Source: Candidatus Eiseniibacteriota bacterium (GTDB taxonomy: Bacteria; Eisenbacteria; RBG-16-71-46; SZUA-252). Taken from it: a stretch of 64,000 nucleotides of DNA. Made by a program: the position numbers and the translations under genes. The notes beneath the pieces are model-generated. The model was not told where the DNA came from and searched no databases. It was given only the letters and a program-made list of their open reading frames with translations. This document shows, one piece after another, positions 8,916-19,356 of the stretch (position 1 is its first letter; each line of letters begins with the position of its first letter). The stretch spans positions 1,632,001 through 1,696,000 of the forward strand of contig OY969801.1 in NCBI GenBank assembly GCA_963703225.1, read 5' to 3'.

Positions 8916-10055
8916 TTAAGCCTTCACTCTCGCGCCGCCGTAGTACTCGTGGATCGCGCCGGCGACGCGTTCGACCTGCTCCTCCGTGATGCCTGGATAG
9001 ATCGGGAGCGAGAGCACCTCGCCCGCGAGCCGCTCCGAAACGGGAAACTCCCCGGGCTTGTGTCCGAGCGACGCGAAGCAGGGTTGCAGATGGAGCGGAA
9101 TCGGATAATAGATTCGGGTGGCGATCCCCCGCTCCTTGAGGAACGATTGAAGCCGGTCCCGCTCGGGGGCCCGGATCGTGAACTGGTGATAGGTGTGCGC
9201 CGCTCCAGCGGGATCGGGCGGGAGCGTCACCGGGAGGCCGGCCAGCGCGGCCCGATAGAGCGCCGCCGAAGCACGCCGCATCTCGATCCACCGCGAGAGG
9301 TGGCGAAGCTTGGTCCGGAGAAACGCCGCCTGGAGCGCGTCGAGGCGCGCGTTGGTTCCGAGCGCCGTGTGCAGGTAGTTGCCCGCGTCGCCCTGCGCGC
9401 GGAGGAGGCGAACCCCGGCGGCAAGGTCGTCCCGCTGGGTGATGAAGGCGCCCGCGTCCCCGAGGGCGCCGAGATTCTTCGTTGGGAAGAAGCTCAGCGC
9501 GGCGCCGGTGGTGGTCAGCCCGACGGGACGCCCTCGGTCGGTGGCGCCGATCGCCTGGGCGGCGTCCTCGACGATCGGGAGACCCCGGCGCGCCGCGAGC
9601 GCCGAAACGGGCTCCAGGTCGCAGGCGAGGCCGTACAGGTGGACCGGCATGATCGCGCGAGTCTTCGCGCCGATCTGCGATTCGACGGACGCCGGATCGA
9701 GCCCGCAGCGGATCGGCTCCACGTCGGCGAACACCGGACTCGCGCCGGCCTGCGAGACCGCGCTCGCCGTGGCGAAGTAGGTGAAGGCGGGAACGATCAC
9801 TTCATCCCCGGGTCCCACGCCGAGCGCCTGGAGCGCGACCGTGATCGCCGACGTTCCCGACGAGAGCCCAACCGCGTGCTTGACCCCGCACACGGCCGCC
9901 AGCTCCTTCTCGAACGCGTCGTGCTCGGCGCCGAGGATGAACTGGCCCGATTCCAGCACCCTCTCAAAGTCACGCTTCAGCTCTTCGGCGAGCGCTCGGT
10001 GAACGATCCCCAGATCGAGGAGCGGGATGGGCGATTCGGTCGCGGTCGGCCTCAT
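8916..10055 (-). CDS. DegT/DnrJ/EryC1/StrS PLP-dependent sugar aminotransferase
   Basis: PVHLYG, EDAAQA, SFFPTKNLGALGDAG, NARLDALQAA. Confidence 0.95.
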   Translation of the reverse strand: MRPTATESPIPLLDLGIVHRALAEELKRDFERVLESGQFILGAEHDAFEKELAAVCGVKHAVGLSSGTSAITVALQALGVGPGDEVIVPAFTYFATASAVSQAGASPVFADVEPIRCGLDPASVESQIGAKTRAIMPVHLYGLACDLEPVSALAARRGLPIVEDAAQAIGATDRGRPVGLTTTGAALSFFPTKNLGALGDAGAFITQRDDLAAGVRLLRAQGDAGNYLHTALGTNARLDALQAAFLRTKLRHLSRWIEMRRASAALYRAALAGLPVTLPPDPAGAAHTYHQFTIRAPERDRLQSFLKERGIATRIYYPIPLHLQPCFASLGHKPGEFPVSERLAGEVLSLPIYPGITEEQVERVAGAIHEYYGGARVKA

Positions 10056-11200
10056 TTCAACTCGACCTTGGCCCGCGCCATCACGACCGGGTCGCGTCCG
10101 GAGAGGTCGACCTTCTTGGCGGTCAGGGCCTCCCGATAGGCCGGCAGGAGGAAGTGGTAGGTCAAGATCGCCTCCGCCGCCGCCGCGCCCGCTGGGATCT
10201 CCGCGAATTCCACCTTGGGCTCATCGGGCCCGATCTCGTTCGTGCGCGCGACCTTCTTGGCGAGCCACTTGGGGACCGGCGACTTGCCGCTCGCGTCCGC
10301 GAATTCGGTGTCGTAGGTCTGGACGCGCGCGCGACTCATCTCCTTCCCCGCTCCATCCGTGTAGACCACCTCGAGCGTGATCGCCCTCATGGAAGCTCCC
10401 CCGCCGGGGAGCGAGTGGCCGCCGCGCCGGTTGGTGACGGTGAGCTTGAGCTTCCCTCCCTCGACCGCGGCGGCAACCCCGGCGGCCGAATCGAGAACGC
10501 CCGCCGTGTGCGCGCCGAGGAAGTGGTGGGCCCAGATCTTGTCGCGGCTCTTCTTGGCGAGGAGCGACGCCTTCCCCGGAGCCGGAGGCATGTGGCAGTC
10601 CTGGCACTGCGTCCCCGCGGCTGCGGCTTTGGAGCTCTTCCATTGCGGATGGGTCCCTTCGAACACCAACCCCTCCTTCTCATCCCCGTACCAGTGGCAC
10701 GACGCGCAGAATTCGCCCTGGCTCATGAGCGGGTTGTAGGCAAACGTGTGCGCGTTCCCCGGGTCGGCGTCTTCGAACGGCCCTTGCATCCGGTTTGGAT
10801 CGGACGCGTCCCAGGTATAGGACGCGGGCTTGGGCGAAACGTCAACGGCCGTCACGTTGTGGCAGAAGTTGCATGTGACGCCCTCCTGATTGACCGGGCC
10901 TTCCACCTTGAGATCCCCAGTTACCGACGCCAACGGCGCGTGGCAGGAAATGCAGCTCGACTGGATCGAAGACCCCAGCGCCGCCTTGGCGTCGGCCAAG
11001 AACGCCTGGAACACCGGATTGGTCCAGGATCGGGCCATCGAGGAAACCTCCCACTGCTTCTTGATCTCTCCATGGCACGACGAGCAGTTCCGGGCGCCGC
11101 GGGGCTCGGCCGCCTCCGCCCGGTTCCCTCCAAACGCCACGAGCGCGGCCACGCCCACCACGACCCTGGCGGCCGCGATCGCGGCGAGACATCCGCTCAA
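10052..11200 (-). CDS. exported pentaheme c-type cytochrome
   Basis: Five CxxCH motifs (CSSCH, CISCH, CNFCH, CASCH, CQDCH); signal peptide; TTG start overlapping the upstream stop is inferred. Confidence 0.85.
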   Translation of the reverse strand: MSGCLAAIAAARVVVGVAALVAFGGNRAEAAEPRGARNCSSCHGEIKKQWEVSSMARSWTNPVFQAFLADAKAALGSSIQSSCISCHAPLASVTGDLKVEGPVNQEGVTCNFCHNVTAVDVSPKPASYTWDASDPNRMQGPFEDADPGNAHTFAYNPLMSQGEFCASCHWYGDEKEGLVFEGTHPQWKSSKAAAAGTQCQDCHMPPAPGKASLLAKKSRDKIWAHHFLGAHTAGVLDSAAGVAAAVEGGKLKLTVTNRRGGHSLPGGGASMRAITLEVVYTDGAGKEMSRARVQTYDTEFADASGKSPVPKWLAKKVARTNEIGPDEPKVEFAEIPAGAAAAEAILTYHFLLPAYREALTAKKVDLSGRDPVVMARAKVELK

Positions 11201-12318
11201 CGGGGAGTTTCCCCCGCCTTGGCGCCGCGTGCCTCCACGTAGGCCGCGCGGATCTCCTCGAGCAGCGCCTCCCGCTTGGTGTAGAGCCGCTTGAGGGGCC
11301 TCGCCGGCCGCTTGGCCAGCACGTACGCCGTCAAGATCGGAAGCACGACGGTGCTGTCGACGTAGGCGACCACCGCGTCCGGAAGCCGATCGGGATCGAT
11401 CTTGCCCCAGCTCACCGCCTCGCCGGGCGTCGCGCCGGAGAGCCCACCGGTGTCCGCCCGGGCATCGGTCACTTGTAGAAAATAGTCGTGTCCCTCCTCC
11501 TCGATCCCGAGCACCTCCTGGATCTGGGGCTCCGTCTGGAGCGCGAAGTTCTTGGGGGATCCTCCTCCCAGGATGAGAATCGCGCTCTTGCCGCCCGATT
11601 TCTTCGCTCCGTAGACGATCGCCGCGGTCTCGTTCACGTCTCGAAATATGTCCCATTGAATCGCGGTTCCGTCCAGCCAGAGCTCGGCCGCGTTCATGCC
11701 GATCGAGCTGTCTCCCGGCGACGACGTGTAGATCGGAACGTCGAGCGCGTGGGCCTGCGCGAGGAGCGACGTCTCGCTCTGTCCGAGCGCCCGCTCGCGC
11801 TCCAGGACGTAGCGCCCCACGCGGTGATGGAACTCCGCGGTCCCCATGGTCTTTCGGAATTCGGGCGCGCGCATGACCTCCCGGAAGAAGGAATCGGTGG
11901 AGAGCAGCACGTCGTAGTCAAAGAAGATGTCGAAGATCCGAACGATCCCCTGCTCGCGCAGAACCACGTCGTCCACGTTCGACCGGCCCTGATGCATGGT
12001 GAGGCCGATGCCAAAATGGGTGTCGTGGTAGAGATTGGCGCCGGTCGAGATGATCCAGTCGACGAAGCCGCTCTTGAGAAGCGGAATCAGGCAGGAGCGC
12101 CCCAGGCCCGCGGGCGTCAGAGCGCCGCTGAGCGCGAGCCCCACGGTGACGTCGGGCTCGAGCATCTTCTCCGCGAAGAGCCGGCACGCCTCGCGCACCC
12201 GCGCGGCGTTGTACGCGAGGAAGGCCGTGTCGACCAGCCGGTCGACGGTGATCCCGGGGACGACCGGATCGGGGGCGATCTTCGCCCCTTTCAAAACCTT
12301 GGGCTTCGAGGAAGCCAT
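11197..12318 (-). CDS. deoxyhypusine synthase family protein (SpeY-like homospermidine synthase candidate)
   Basis: [25 protein letters not shown] and [16 protein letters not shown] with the catalytic Lys retained. Confidence 0.9.
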   Translation of the reverse strand: MASSKPKVLKGAKIAPDPVVPGITVDRLVDTAFLAYNAARVREACRLFAEKMLEPDVTVGLALSGALTPAGLGRSCLIPLLKSGFVDWIISTGANLYHDTHFGIGLTMHQGRSNVDDVVLREQGIVRIFDIFFDYDVLLSTDSFFREVMRAPEFRKTMGTAEFHHRVGRYVLERERALGQSETSLLAQAHALDVPIYTSSPGDSSIGMNAAELWLDGTAIQWDIFRDVNETAAIVYGAKKSGGKSAILILGGGSPKNFALQTEPQIQEVLGIEEEGHDYFLQVTDARADTGGLSGATPGEAVSWGKIDPDRLPDAVVAYVDSTVVLPILTAYVLAKRPARPLKRLYTKREALLEEIRAAYVEARGAKAGETPR

Positions 12319-13034
12319 CAAGCCCTCCCGTAGATAGGGATCAGCGCGCCGGTGACCGACGCGGCCCCGGCGGACGCGAGATACGAGAGAAGCGCCGCGA
12401 TCTGGCCGGGCGGGACCCACGTGCGCGGATCTCCCTTCGGCATGTTCGCCCGGTTGGCCGGGGTATCGATGACACTGGGAAGAATGGCGTTCGCGGTGAC
12501 GCCGCTCTCCCTGAGTTCCTTGGAGAGCGTCAAGACCAGCGCGTGGAGCCCCAGCTTGGCGGCGGCGTAGCCCGCGGCGCCCGGGTAGCACTCCAAAGCA
12601 CCGCGGGACGAGACGAAGAACAGCCGTCCCGCGCCCGAGCGTTTGGCGTGCGGAATCACGTGCTTCGCGGCCCAGAAGGCGGAGACCAAGTTGAGCTCGA
12701 TCATGTGGCGGAGCGACTTCGCCTCCATCTGGTCCACGGCGACCCCACCCGCGTATCCGCCGGCCAGGTGGGCGAGCACCCGGAGCCCTCCAAACGCGGA
12801 GGCCGCGCCCGCGACGGCTCCGCGCACGGAGTCCTCATCGGTCACGTCGGCGTGGAAGCCTCGGAGCTGTCCGGAACTCGTAGCGGCCGACTCCGCCGCC
12901 GACAGCTCCCGCCATTCGTCTTCAAGCTGATAGGTGACGGCCACGGAGAAGCCGTCGGCGAGGAAGCGGCCGACGACCGCGCGCCCCAAGGCACCCGTAC
13001 CACCCGTGATGAACGCGGCCTCGGCGGACGGCAT
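12318..13034 (-). CDS. SDR family oxidoreductase
   Basis: [23 protein letters not shown]. Confidence 0.9.
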   Translation of the reverse strand: MPSAEAAFITGGTGALGRAVVGRFLADGFSVAVTYQLEDEWRELSAAESAATSSGQLRGFHADVTDEDSVRGAVAGAASAFGGLRVLAHLAGGYAGGVAVDQMEAKSLRHMIELNLVSAFWAAKHVIPHAKRSGAGRLFFVSSRGALECYPGAAGYAAAKLGLHALVLTLSKELRESGVTANAILPSVIDTPANRANMPKGDPRTWVPPGQIAALLSYLASAGAASVTGALIPIYGRA

Positions 13035-13052
13035 TCCACACCTCCATGGTGA

Positions 13053-13799
13053 TCATCCGGGTTCGAATGCCGGAGTATACCGTGGCGCGTCGGAGACGCG
13101 CCAGAGCCCCTCCCGCGCGGCCCACCCGATGCGATTGGCTCCGATCTGTACTTCGACGAGCCCGCCGCGCGCGCCCCCCAACCGAACGCGCTCGCCCGCT
13201 GCCAAGAGGACCGCGGGCCGCGACGGCTCCTCCGGACCCCGCTCGACCGAGAGCATCGGTACGATCACCACCGCTTCCGGATGCATCGCCTCTTCCCACG
13301 CTTCGCGGTGAAGCCATGCCGAGAGGATGATTCCCACGAGCACGAGCCCGGCGCCCGCCCAGCGCGCCGTCCGCGGCAGGGGCCGGAACACGCGCACCAC
13401 GGCGATCGACGCGCCAGCCGCCAAGATGACCGCCGCGAGCCACCATGCTTCCCCCGCGGCGAGAGGGAGTGGAACGGCATCTCCGCGGCCCCCGCGATCT
13501 TCCTCTCCCGAAGCGCGCGCCGCCTCCGCGACGGAGCGCTCCAGATTGGCGCGAATGTCGGGTGCGCGCGGCTCGAGGCGCGCCGCCGCCAGAAGAAACG
13601 CGACGGCGGGGCCGACCGCGCCGTGCGTCAGCGCGACCGTCCCCGCGTTGTAGAGCGCGGTGGCGTCGGGTGCTCTTCCGCCGCGCCCCGTGGGAAGAGC
13701 GGAGGGAGCGACCCGGGCCGCCGTGTCGGCGGCGCCCGCCGTGGCGACGCCCGGTGCCAACGATGCAAGAACGAGGGCGACGAGGAGGGGCCGGCTCAT
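13053..13799 (-). CDS. BatE-like TPR/SH3 membrane protein
   Basis: Signal peptide, TPR (LYNAG...DIRANL), two TM helices, SH3b-like end (RIGW); last gene of the Bat operon. Confidence 0.75.
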   Translation of the reverse strand: MSRPLLVALVLASLAPGVATAGAADTAARVAPSALPTGRGGRAPDATALYNAGTVALTHGAVGPAVAFLLAAARLEPRAPDIRANLERSVAEAARASGEEDRGGRGDAVPLPLAAGEAWWLAAVILAAGASIAVVRVFRPLPRTARWAGAGLVLVGIILSAWLHREAWEEAMHPEAVVIVPMLSVERGPEEPSRPAVLLAAGERVRLGGARGGLVEVQIGANRIGWAAREGLWRVSDAPRYTPAFEPG

Positions 13800-15526
13800 C
13801 CGACCTCCTCCCGGTATCGCTTGAGGAGCAGCTCGGCGGCGGCGCGCTCCGGAAGGCCCCCTCCAGCGCGGGCTGTGGGCGGCGCGAACGCGAGCTGGTC
13901 GAGGTCGCCGAGCAGCTTCGAAATCTCAGCCAGACCCGCCTCGGTCGCGCCGGCGGCGTTCACCCGAGCGAGCACCTCGTCCGCGGATCGGCCGTCGACG
14001 TCGATGTCGTAGCGCAGTCCCACCGCCTGCCGGACGATCGAGCCAAGACGAACCGCGGCGGGCGCGCCATCCGTGGCCGCTCCTTCGACGGTTTGAAGCT
14101 CCGCCAGGAGCGCCTCCAGCGCCGCGGCGCGGCGGCGGAGGGGATCCCGCTCGGACCGGTCGCGGACTCTCCTTCCGACGAGCGCCGCCACGTAGGCCAG
14201 AAGCGACAGGAGCGCCACGGCGCGGCTTCCGGTCGGCGGCTTCAGCGTCAGATCTCCGCGCCGGCCGGGACGCGAGCGGAGCGCGGCCACCGGGCCCACG
14301 ACCCGGGCGGGGCGGAGGGAATCGCCGGGCACGTCGGAGGAGCGAACCACGACGCGGATGGAATCCGAGATCTGTGTCCGGTACCGCTCCCCTTCGGGGT
14401 CGAACCAGGAGTAGCGAACCGGGAGGATCGCGAAGCGGCCCGGCGCCTCGGGAACGAACGTCATTTCCCGCCGCCGCTCGCCGCGCAAGCGATCTCCGGA
14501 GCGATCGAGCGTGGTGTTCGCACCGCCCGTGTAGATCCGGGCGGGGGCCGACGCGGCAATCTCCGGGTCCCCCGCCGATCCGACATTCCCCACGCCCCGA
14601 ACCGAGGTCGTAACCGTCACCGGTTCTCCCGCGCGCACGGTGGCGCGGTCGACACGGACGTCCATCGAGAAACTTCCAACCGCGCCCTTGAAGCTGGGCG
14701 GGGCTCCGGGCGGGAGCGCCACGACGTCGAGCGTGGCCCGCTCGGTGTCGATCACGCCCTCCTCCACCTGCGTCTCCGGAAGGCCGAGCGTGCTCCAGGG
14801 GTCGGGCTGGACGACGCGGCGGACCACGCGCACGTGCACGCGGGCGGGTCCGACGGTGAGGCGACCGGTGCGCGTGGGAAAATACGCGACGCGAACCTCG
14901 GTGGCGTCGTACTCGACCCCATCGATCGTCGTTCGCCGCGTCTGCGCGGGCCCCAAGACCTCGCTCCAGAATCCCGCCGCCGCCGGCGGGTCCCAGACCG
15001 GAGGTCCGTCCAACTGGACGCGGGAGTAGACGGTGAATCGTGCCGTTACGTTTTCGTTCCAGTACGCGCGGTTCCGGTCGAGGGTCAGACGCGCGAAGAG
15101 CTCCAGCCCTTCCCCGCGCGGTGGCGGCGGAGCCTTGCCCACGTGGAGCGTGAGCGGGGTTGATTCCGCCTCGAGCCCGCCCGAGGTGATGTGGACGGCC
15201 GGGATGGTGACGTCGCCCTCGGCGGCGGAGCGGATCCGAAATCCGATGGTCAACGTCCGGATGACTCGACCGTTGACCCAGGAGAAACCCTGCGATTCTC
15301 CCAACCGCTCGACCTGGGCGCCCGTGATCTCGGGCAACGTCACGGGCGGCACGTCGACCCCCTCGGCGAGCACCACGAACGTGAGCATCGCCGCTTGACC
15401 CACCCCCACGTTGGGCCGGTCGAGGTTGACCCGAAGCTCGAGCTTGTTCTCGGCCTCGGCCGGCCGGACGAACGCGGCCGAGAGGAGAATGGCGAGAAGC
15501 AGCGTCGCGGCTCGCCGTGGGATCAT
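13796..15526 (-). CDS. batD: BatD family protein
   Basis: Signal peptide, FSWVNG, GAVGSF, GVGN, WFDP...Y, late TM helix. Confidence 0.85.
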   Translation of the reverse strand: MIPRRAATLLLAILLSAAFVRPAEAENKLELRVNLDRPNVGVGQAAMLTFVVLAEGVDVPPVTLPEITGAQVERLGESQGFSWVNGRVIRTLTIGFRIRSAAEGDVTIPAVHITSGGLEAESTPLTLHVGKAPPPPRGEGLELFARLTLDRNRAYWNENVTARFTVYSRVQLDGPPVWDPPAAAGFWSEVLGPAQTRRTTIDGVEYDATEVRVAYFPTRTGRLTVGPARVHVRVVRRVVQPDPWSTLGLPETQVEEGVIDTERATLDVVALPPGAPPSFKGAVGSFSMDVRVDRATVRAGEPVTVTTSVRGVGNVGSAGDPEIAASAPARIYTGGANTTLDRSGDRLRGERRREMTFVPEAPGRFAILPVRYSWFDPEGERYRTQISDSIRVVVRSSDVPGDSLRPARVVGPVAALRSRPGRRGDLTLKPPTGSRAVALLSLLAYVAALVGRRVRDRSERDPLRRRAAALEALLAELQTVEGAATDGAPAAVRLGSIVRQAVGLRYDIDVDGRSADEVLARVNAAGATEAGLAEISKLLGDLDQLAFAPPTARAGGGLPERAAAELLLKRYREEVG

Positions 15527-15533
15527 CCGAATC

Positions 15534-16268
15534 TCACCAGTCACGCTGTCCCCGCTCCTCCTCCGGGCCCCCTCGATCGCGTCGTTTTGCCGCCTGCCGC
15601 TCGCTCTCGAGCGCGTCCAGCCAGTGCTCCGCCTCCTCGCGGCTCGGCATCGTGGTGCCGAGTTGGGGCGACTGCTGCGGTTGGGTCGCCGGCGGGTTCG
15701 ACTTCGACCCTGGGTCCTGCCGCGATTGCGGTCCACCCTCGTTCTGGTTCCCGCCTTGGTTCTGCTGCCCTTGGCCTTTCGGCGTGTTGCTTCCGCTCCC
15801 GCTCTGCGGTTGGGGTTTCGCGTTTCGGGCCCGGCGGATCGCCTCCTCGAAATTCTTCTTCGCGTCGCTCCGGGTCGGGTCGATGCGGAGCGATTCGCGA
15901 TAGAGCCTGGCCGCCGCGCCGTAATCCTGGGCCTGCATCGCCTGGTTGCCCAAATTGAACGCCGCCGAAGAGCGCGCGCGATCGCCGGTCAAATCGGGCG
16001 CGCGCGCCGCCTCGTTGTAGGCCGTGCGGGCCGAATCGACAAATCCCGCTCCCTGGTAGGCGAGCGCTTGGTCGTAGCGCACGGCCGCCGAGCGAGGGAG
16101 ATCGGACCGCCCCTCGCGCAGCGATTCCACCGCGCGGCGGTGCTCGCCTTTCTTCAACTCGCGCACCCCTCGCGCCGCCGCCCCGCCCCACTCGTAGAAG
16201 GCGCCGGTCGCCGCCGCCCAGAGCGACACCGAAAGGACCACCGACCCCAGGGACCTCTTCGCGGTCAT
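15534..16268 (-). CDS. BatC-like TPR protein
   Basis: AFNLGN...YRESLRIDP..DAKKNFE, Gln-rich linker, terminal RDW. Confidence 0.8.
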   Translation of the reverse strand: MTAKRSLGSVVLSVSLWAAATGAFYEWGGAAARGVRELKKGEHRRAVESLREGRSDLPRSAAVRYDQALAYQGAGFVDSARTAYNEAARAPDLTGDRARSSAAFNLGNQAMQAQDYGAAARLYRESLRIDPTRSDAKKNFEEAIRRARNAKPQPQSGSGSNTPKGQGQQNQGGNQNEGGPQSRQDPGSKSNPPATQPQQSPQLGTTMPSREEAEHWLDALESERQAAKRRDRGGPEEERGQRDW

Positions 16269-17266
16269 GTCTTTCTCCGTCGCGGCACGGCCCGCTCCGC
16301 CAACAGGAAGAGCCCGGCCACCGCGGCAAACCAGGGGAAGCGCTCGTCGTAGGCGCGAATGGTCTGACCCCGCACCTCCTGGCCTCCTCCCGAGCGGATC
16401 GCGTCCGCGAGGCGAAGCGCCGCGCGCCCGCCGCCGTCGCCCCGCTCGTAGCGCCCGCCGCCCGCGCGGGCCAGGTCGCGGAGCAGATTCTCGTCGATTC
16501 GGGTTCGCACCGGCTGCCCGTCCGGCCCGCGCCGCTCGCCGACGACCACGCCGGTTGAGTCGACGATCGGGATCGACGCACCCTCGGGGGTGCCGACGCC
16601 AATCGTGAAGAGCCGCGCGCCGGCTCGGCGCACCGCGTCGACTCCCCCGCGTGGATCGCCCGAGAGATTTTCCCCGTCCGTCACCAGCACCACCGCACGG
16701 GGACGATCCCCCGGACGACGCAGGAGCGTCCCCGCGAGCGAGATGCCCGCTCCGATGTCGCTCCCAGGAGCTTCGATATCTCCAGGCCGCGCCGATTCCA
16801 CCATCGACGCCAACCCTTCGTGGTCGGTGGAGAGCGGGCTGATCACGCGCGCCGCGCCCGTGAACGCGACGAACCCCATCGACGAACCCTCCAGTGCCTG
16901 AAGCAGCGTGGTGACCTCGCGGACGGCAGCGCGCAAGCGGTCGGGCCGCACGTCGCGCGCCTCCATGCTGTGCGAAAGGTCGAGCGCGACCACCACGTCG
17001 GCGCCCCGCGAGGCGGTGGTGACGAAGCGAAAGCCCGCCTGGGGCCGCGCCAGGGCCGCGATCGCGAGGGAAACCCCGAGAACCGTGAGCGCCAACCGCG
17101 CCGCCCGCGCCCCGCGCCCGGCCTCGCCCGAGAGCTTCCGGAGGGCCGCCGGCTCTCCCAGATCCGCCTCGAGGCGCGAGCGTCGATAACGTGCCCAGGC
17201 CCAAAGCAAGAGAACGGCCGGAATCAGCCAAAGAAGATAGAGCCGCGCGGGTTCCGCCCACCGCAT
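16265..17266 (-). CDS. batB: vWA domain protein BatB
   Basis: ARPQ, MIDAS DLSHSM, PDRL, TDGE, GVGTPEG. Confidence 0.85.
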   Translation of the reverse strand: MRWAEPARLYLLWLIPAVLLLWAWARYRRSRLEADLGEPAALRKLSGEAGRGARAARLALTVLGVSLAIAALARPQAGFRFVTTASRGADVVVALDLSHSMEARDVRPDRLRAAVREVTTLLQALEGSSMGFVAFTGAARVISPLSTDHEGLASMVESARPGDIEAPGSDIGAGISLAGTLLRRPGDRPRAVVLVTDGENLSGDPRGGVDAVRRAGARLFTIGVGTPEGASIPIVDSTGVVVGERRGPDGQPVRTRIDENLLRDLARAGGGRYERGDGGGRAALRLADAIRSGGGQEVRGQTIRAYDERFPWFAAVAGLFLLAERAVPRRRKT

Positions 17267-17278
17267 CGCCCGGCCCCC

Positions 17279-18265
17279 CTACGGATACCGGCGCGGAAGA
17301 ACCGCGCCCAGAAGGAATTGGAGGGCGATCAGAACACACCCGATCGCCAGGAGCCAGGGGCCCACCTCGGCCCACTGGGTATACGAACGCATCTCGACCT
17401 GGGAGGGTTCCATGGCGTCGATGTCCCGGTAGACCTGCGCCAGGAGCTCGGCGTTGGTGGCTCGGAAATACTTGCCGTGGGTGATCGAGGCGACCGCCCG
17501 AAGCGTCGGCTCGTCGACGTCGGACTGGACCCAGACGTAGCGACGTCCCATCACCGGATCGTCGATGGGATAGGGCGCCTGCCCCAGCGTGCCCGCTCCG
17601 ACCGCGTAGACCCGCACGCCGACCGCCGCCGCGAGCCGCGCCGCGGTAACCGGGTCGACCGCGCCCGCGTTGTTGATCCCGTCGGTGAGCAGGATCAAGA
17701 CCTTGCTCTTTCCCTTCGCCTGCCGAAGCCGCTGCGCCCCCTGCGCGATGCCCGCGCCGACGGCGGTTCCGTCCGGAAGGAGACCAAAGTCGACGCCGTC
17801 AAGGAGCGCCGCGACGCCGTCGTAATCGAGCGACAAGGGCGCGATCAGCTCGCTTCGCCCGGCGAAGGCGATCAGGCCGATTCGATCCTGCGTCCGGCCG
17901 CGAATAAAATCCTTGGCCACCGCCTTGGCGACGTGGAGCCGATTCCGGGGGCGAAAATCTTCGCAGCGCATGCTCCCGGAAATGTCGATCGCGAGCATGA
18001 TGTCGATCCCCTGGCTCACGATCTCGCGCATTTCGCGTCCCGCCTGGGGCCTCGCCGCCGTGACCAGGAAGAGAAACATCGCCGCGGGGAGGAGCCACCC
18101 GCTCACGCGCGCGATGAGCGCGACGATACCGCCCGGCTTGGGCAGCGCCGTCAATGCGGGAACGGGCAGCTCGGGGCTCTTCCATCGGGAGCGCCGCGCG
18201 AGCCACAGAAGCACGACCGCGAATGGAATCAGGAGGAGGAGCGCCCAGGGCTCGCCGAATCGCAC
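17279..18265 (-). CDS. batA: vWA domain protein BatA
   Basis: ARPQ, DISGSM, DRIGLIAFA, LLTDGINNAG, GKYFRAT. Confidence 0.9.
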   Translation of the reverse strand: MRFGEPWALLLLIPFAVVLLWLARRSRWKSPELPVPALTALPKPGGIVALIARVSGWLLPAAMFLFLVTAARPQAGREMREIVSQGIDIMLAIDISGSMRCEDFRPRNRLHVAKAVAKDFIRGRTQDRIGLIAFAGRSELIAPLSLDYDGVAALLDGVDFGLLPDGTAVGAGIAQGAQRLRQAKGKSKVLILLTDGINNAGAVDPVTAARLAAAVGVRVYAVGAGTLGQAPYPIDDPVMGRRYVWVQSDVDEPTLRAVASITHGKYFRATNAELLAQVYRDIDAMEPSQVEMRSYTQWAEVGPWLLAIGCVLIALQFLLGAVLPRRYP

Positions 18266-18268
18266 GGG

Positions 18269-19348
18269 CTAGGGCCCCGCCTGGGTCGTGCCTGGAGGCG
18301 GCCCGGCGTTCGGCTTAGAAGGCGTTTCCGCCGCTGAGCTGGGGGCCGGCCCCACGGCCTGATCCGCGCGAAGCCGACCGGCAAGCGCCACCGCCTGATC
18401 GAGCGCGGCGGCCGCTTCCGCCAAAGGATCTTCCTGCCGCGCGAACTTCGCGAGGTCGCTCCGGCGGAGCATCCGGCCCGCCGCCGTGATCGATTCCTTC
18501 GCAAGATCCCCGCGCTCGGAAAGCTCACGCTCCAGCTCCCAGGTCGTCCGATCGAGCGCCGGCACCCCGGTCACGACGGCGACGTAGCTCCGGACCGCGA
18601 GCGAAAGGCGATCGTAGAAGCGATCTCGAGGGAGCGATCCGACCTGGTCCCGCAGCTCCGCGACGGCGCGAAGAAAGATCGTCTCCGGCGGCTCGGGAGC
18701 GGCGCCTTGAAGCTCCACCTCCCGCGCGCTCCGCCTCGCCTTCAGGAAGAGATAGATCGCGGCGGCGATCAGCCCCGCGAGGGCGAGGACGCCGGCGATC
18801 GCCACGACGATGTCGAGCGGCCGAAGCTCGGTTGGCGTAGCACCGCGATCGGGCTCCACCGCGCCGGTCATGGCGGGCGTCAGGGAGTCGACAAAGAGCG
18901 TGTCGGGCGGGAACTCCAGCGTATCGGGGATGCCCTTTAAGACTGTCGGCAAGAGGACGCGCGGAAGGGGAAGGCGGCCGATGTCGAATCCCCGTGTTTC
19001 AAACGATGTGGTCCAGACGGTCTTGTTCTCGCGGCGGATCGCGCGCGGGGGCGACGCGTCGGTGATCTCGATCGTCGAGTCGGAGGGGCCCCGGATGAGC
19101 GGGCCCGGAGCGGCGCCGATCGTAAGCTCCGCCGCGAGCCGCCAGGCCGCGCGATCCCCGACGGTCACGCGCGGAGGATCGACCTGGCTCCTCAGGTAGT
19201 AGTGCAGCCCGCCGTGGACGCCCGAGCGTTCGGACGCCGGGGCTCGCATCGCGTCTCCCTTGGGGCCGCATCCCGCCGCGAGGATCCCGGCCGCGATCCA
19301 GGACAACAGAAAGGAGAAGCCCGACCGTTGCCCCGGGGCCGCTTCCAT
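18269..19348 (-). CDS. Bat-operon membrane protein (DUF4381-like position), possible lipoprotein
   Basis: Lies between DUF58 and batA; ILAAGC lipobox-like sequence; TM helix; FYDRLS..VRSY, ALDRTT, DLAKFA. Confidence 0.7.
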   Translation of the reverse strand: MEAAPGQRSGFSFLLSWIAAGILAAGCGPKGDAMRAPASERSGVHGGLHYYLRSQVDPPRVTVGDRAAWRLAAELTIGAAPGPLIRGPSDSTIEITDASPPRAIRRENKTVWTTSFETRGFDIGRLPLPRVLLPTVLKGIPDTLEFPPDTLFVDSLTPAMTGAVEPDRGATPTELRPLDIVVAIAGVLALAGLIAAAIYLFLKARRSAREVELQGAAPEPPETIFLRAVAELRDQVGSLPRDRFYDRLSLAVRSYVAVVTGVPALDRTTWELERELSERGDLAKESITAAGRMLRRSDLAKFARQEDPLAEAAAALDQAVALAGRLRADQAVGPAPSSAAETPSKPNAGPPPGTTQAGP

Positions 19349-19356
19349 CGCGGACC

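Noticed and set aside
11201..11656. Long N-terminal extensions in the ORF track (cytochrome here; also DHS, batC, batD, dxr, GT genes, transketolase)
   Set aside because: They overlap upstream genes out of frame; better starts lie at stop/start overlaps or after an RBS.
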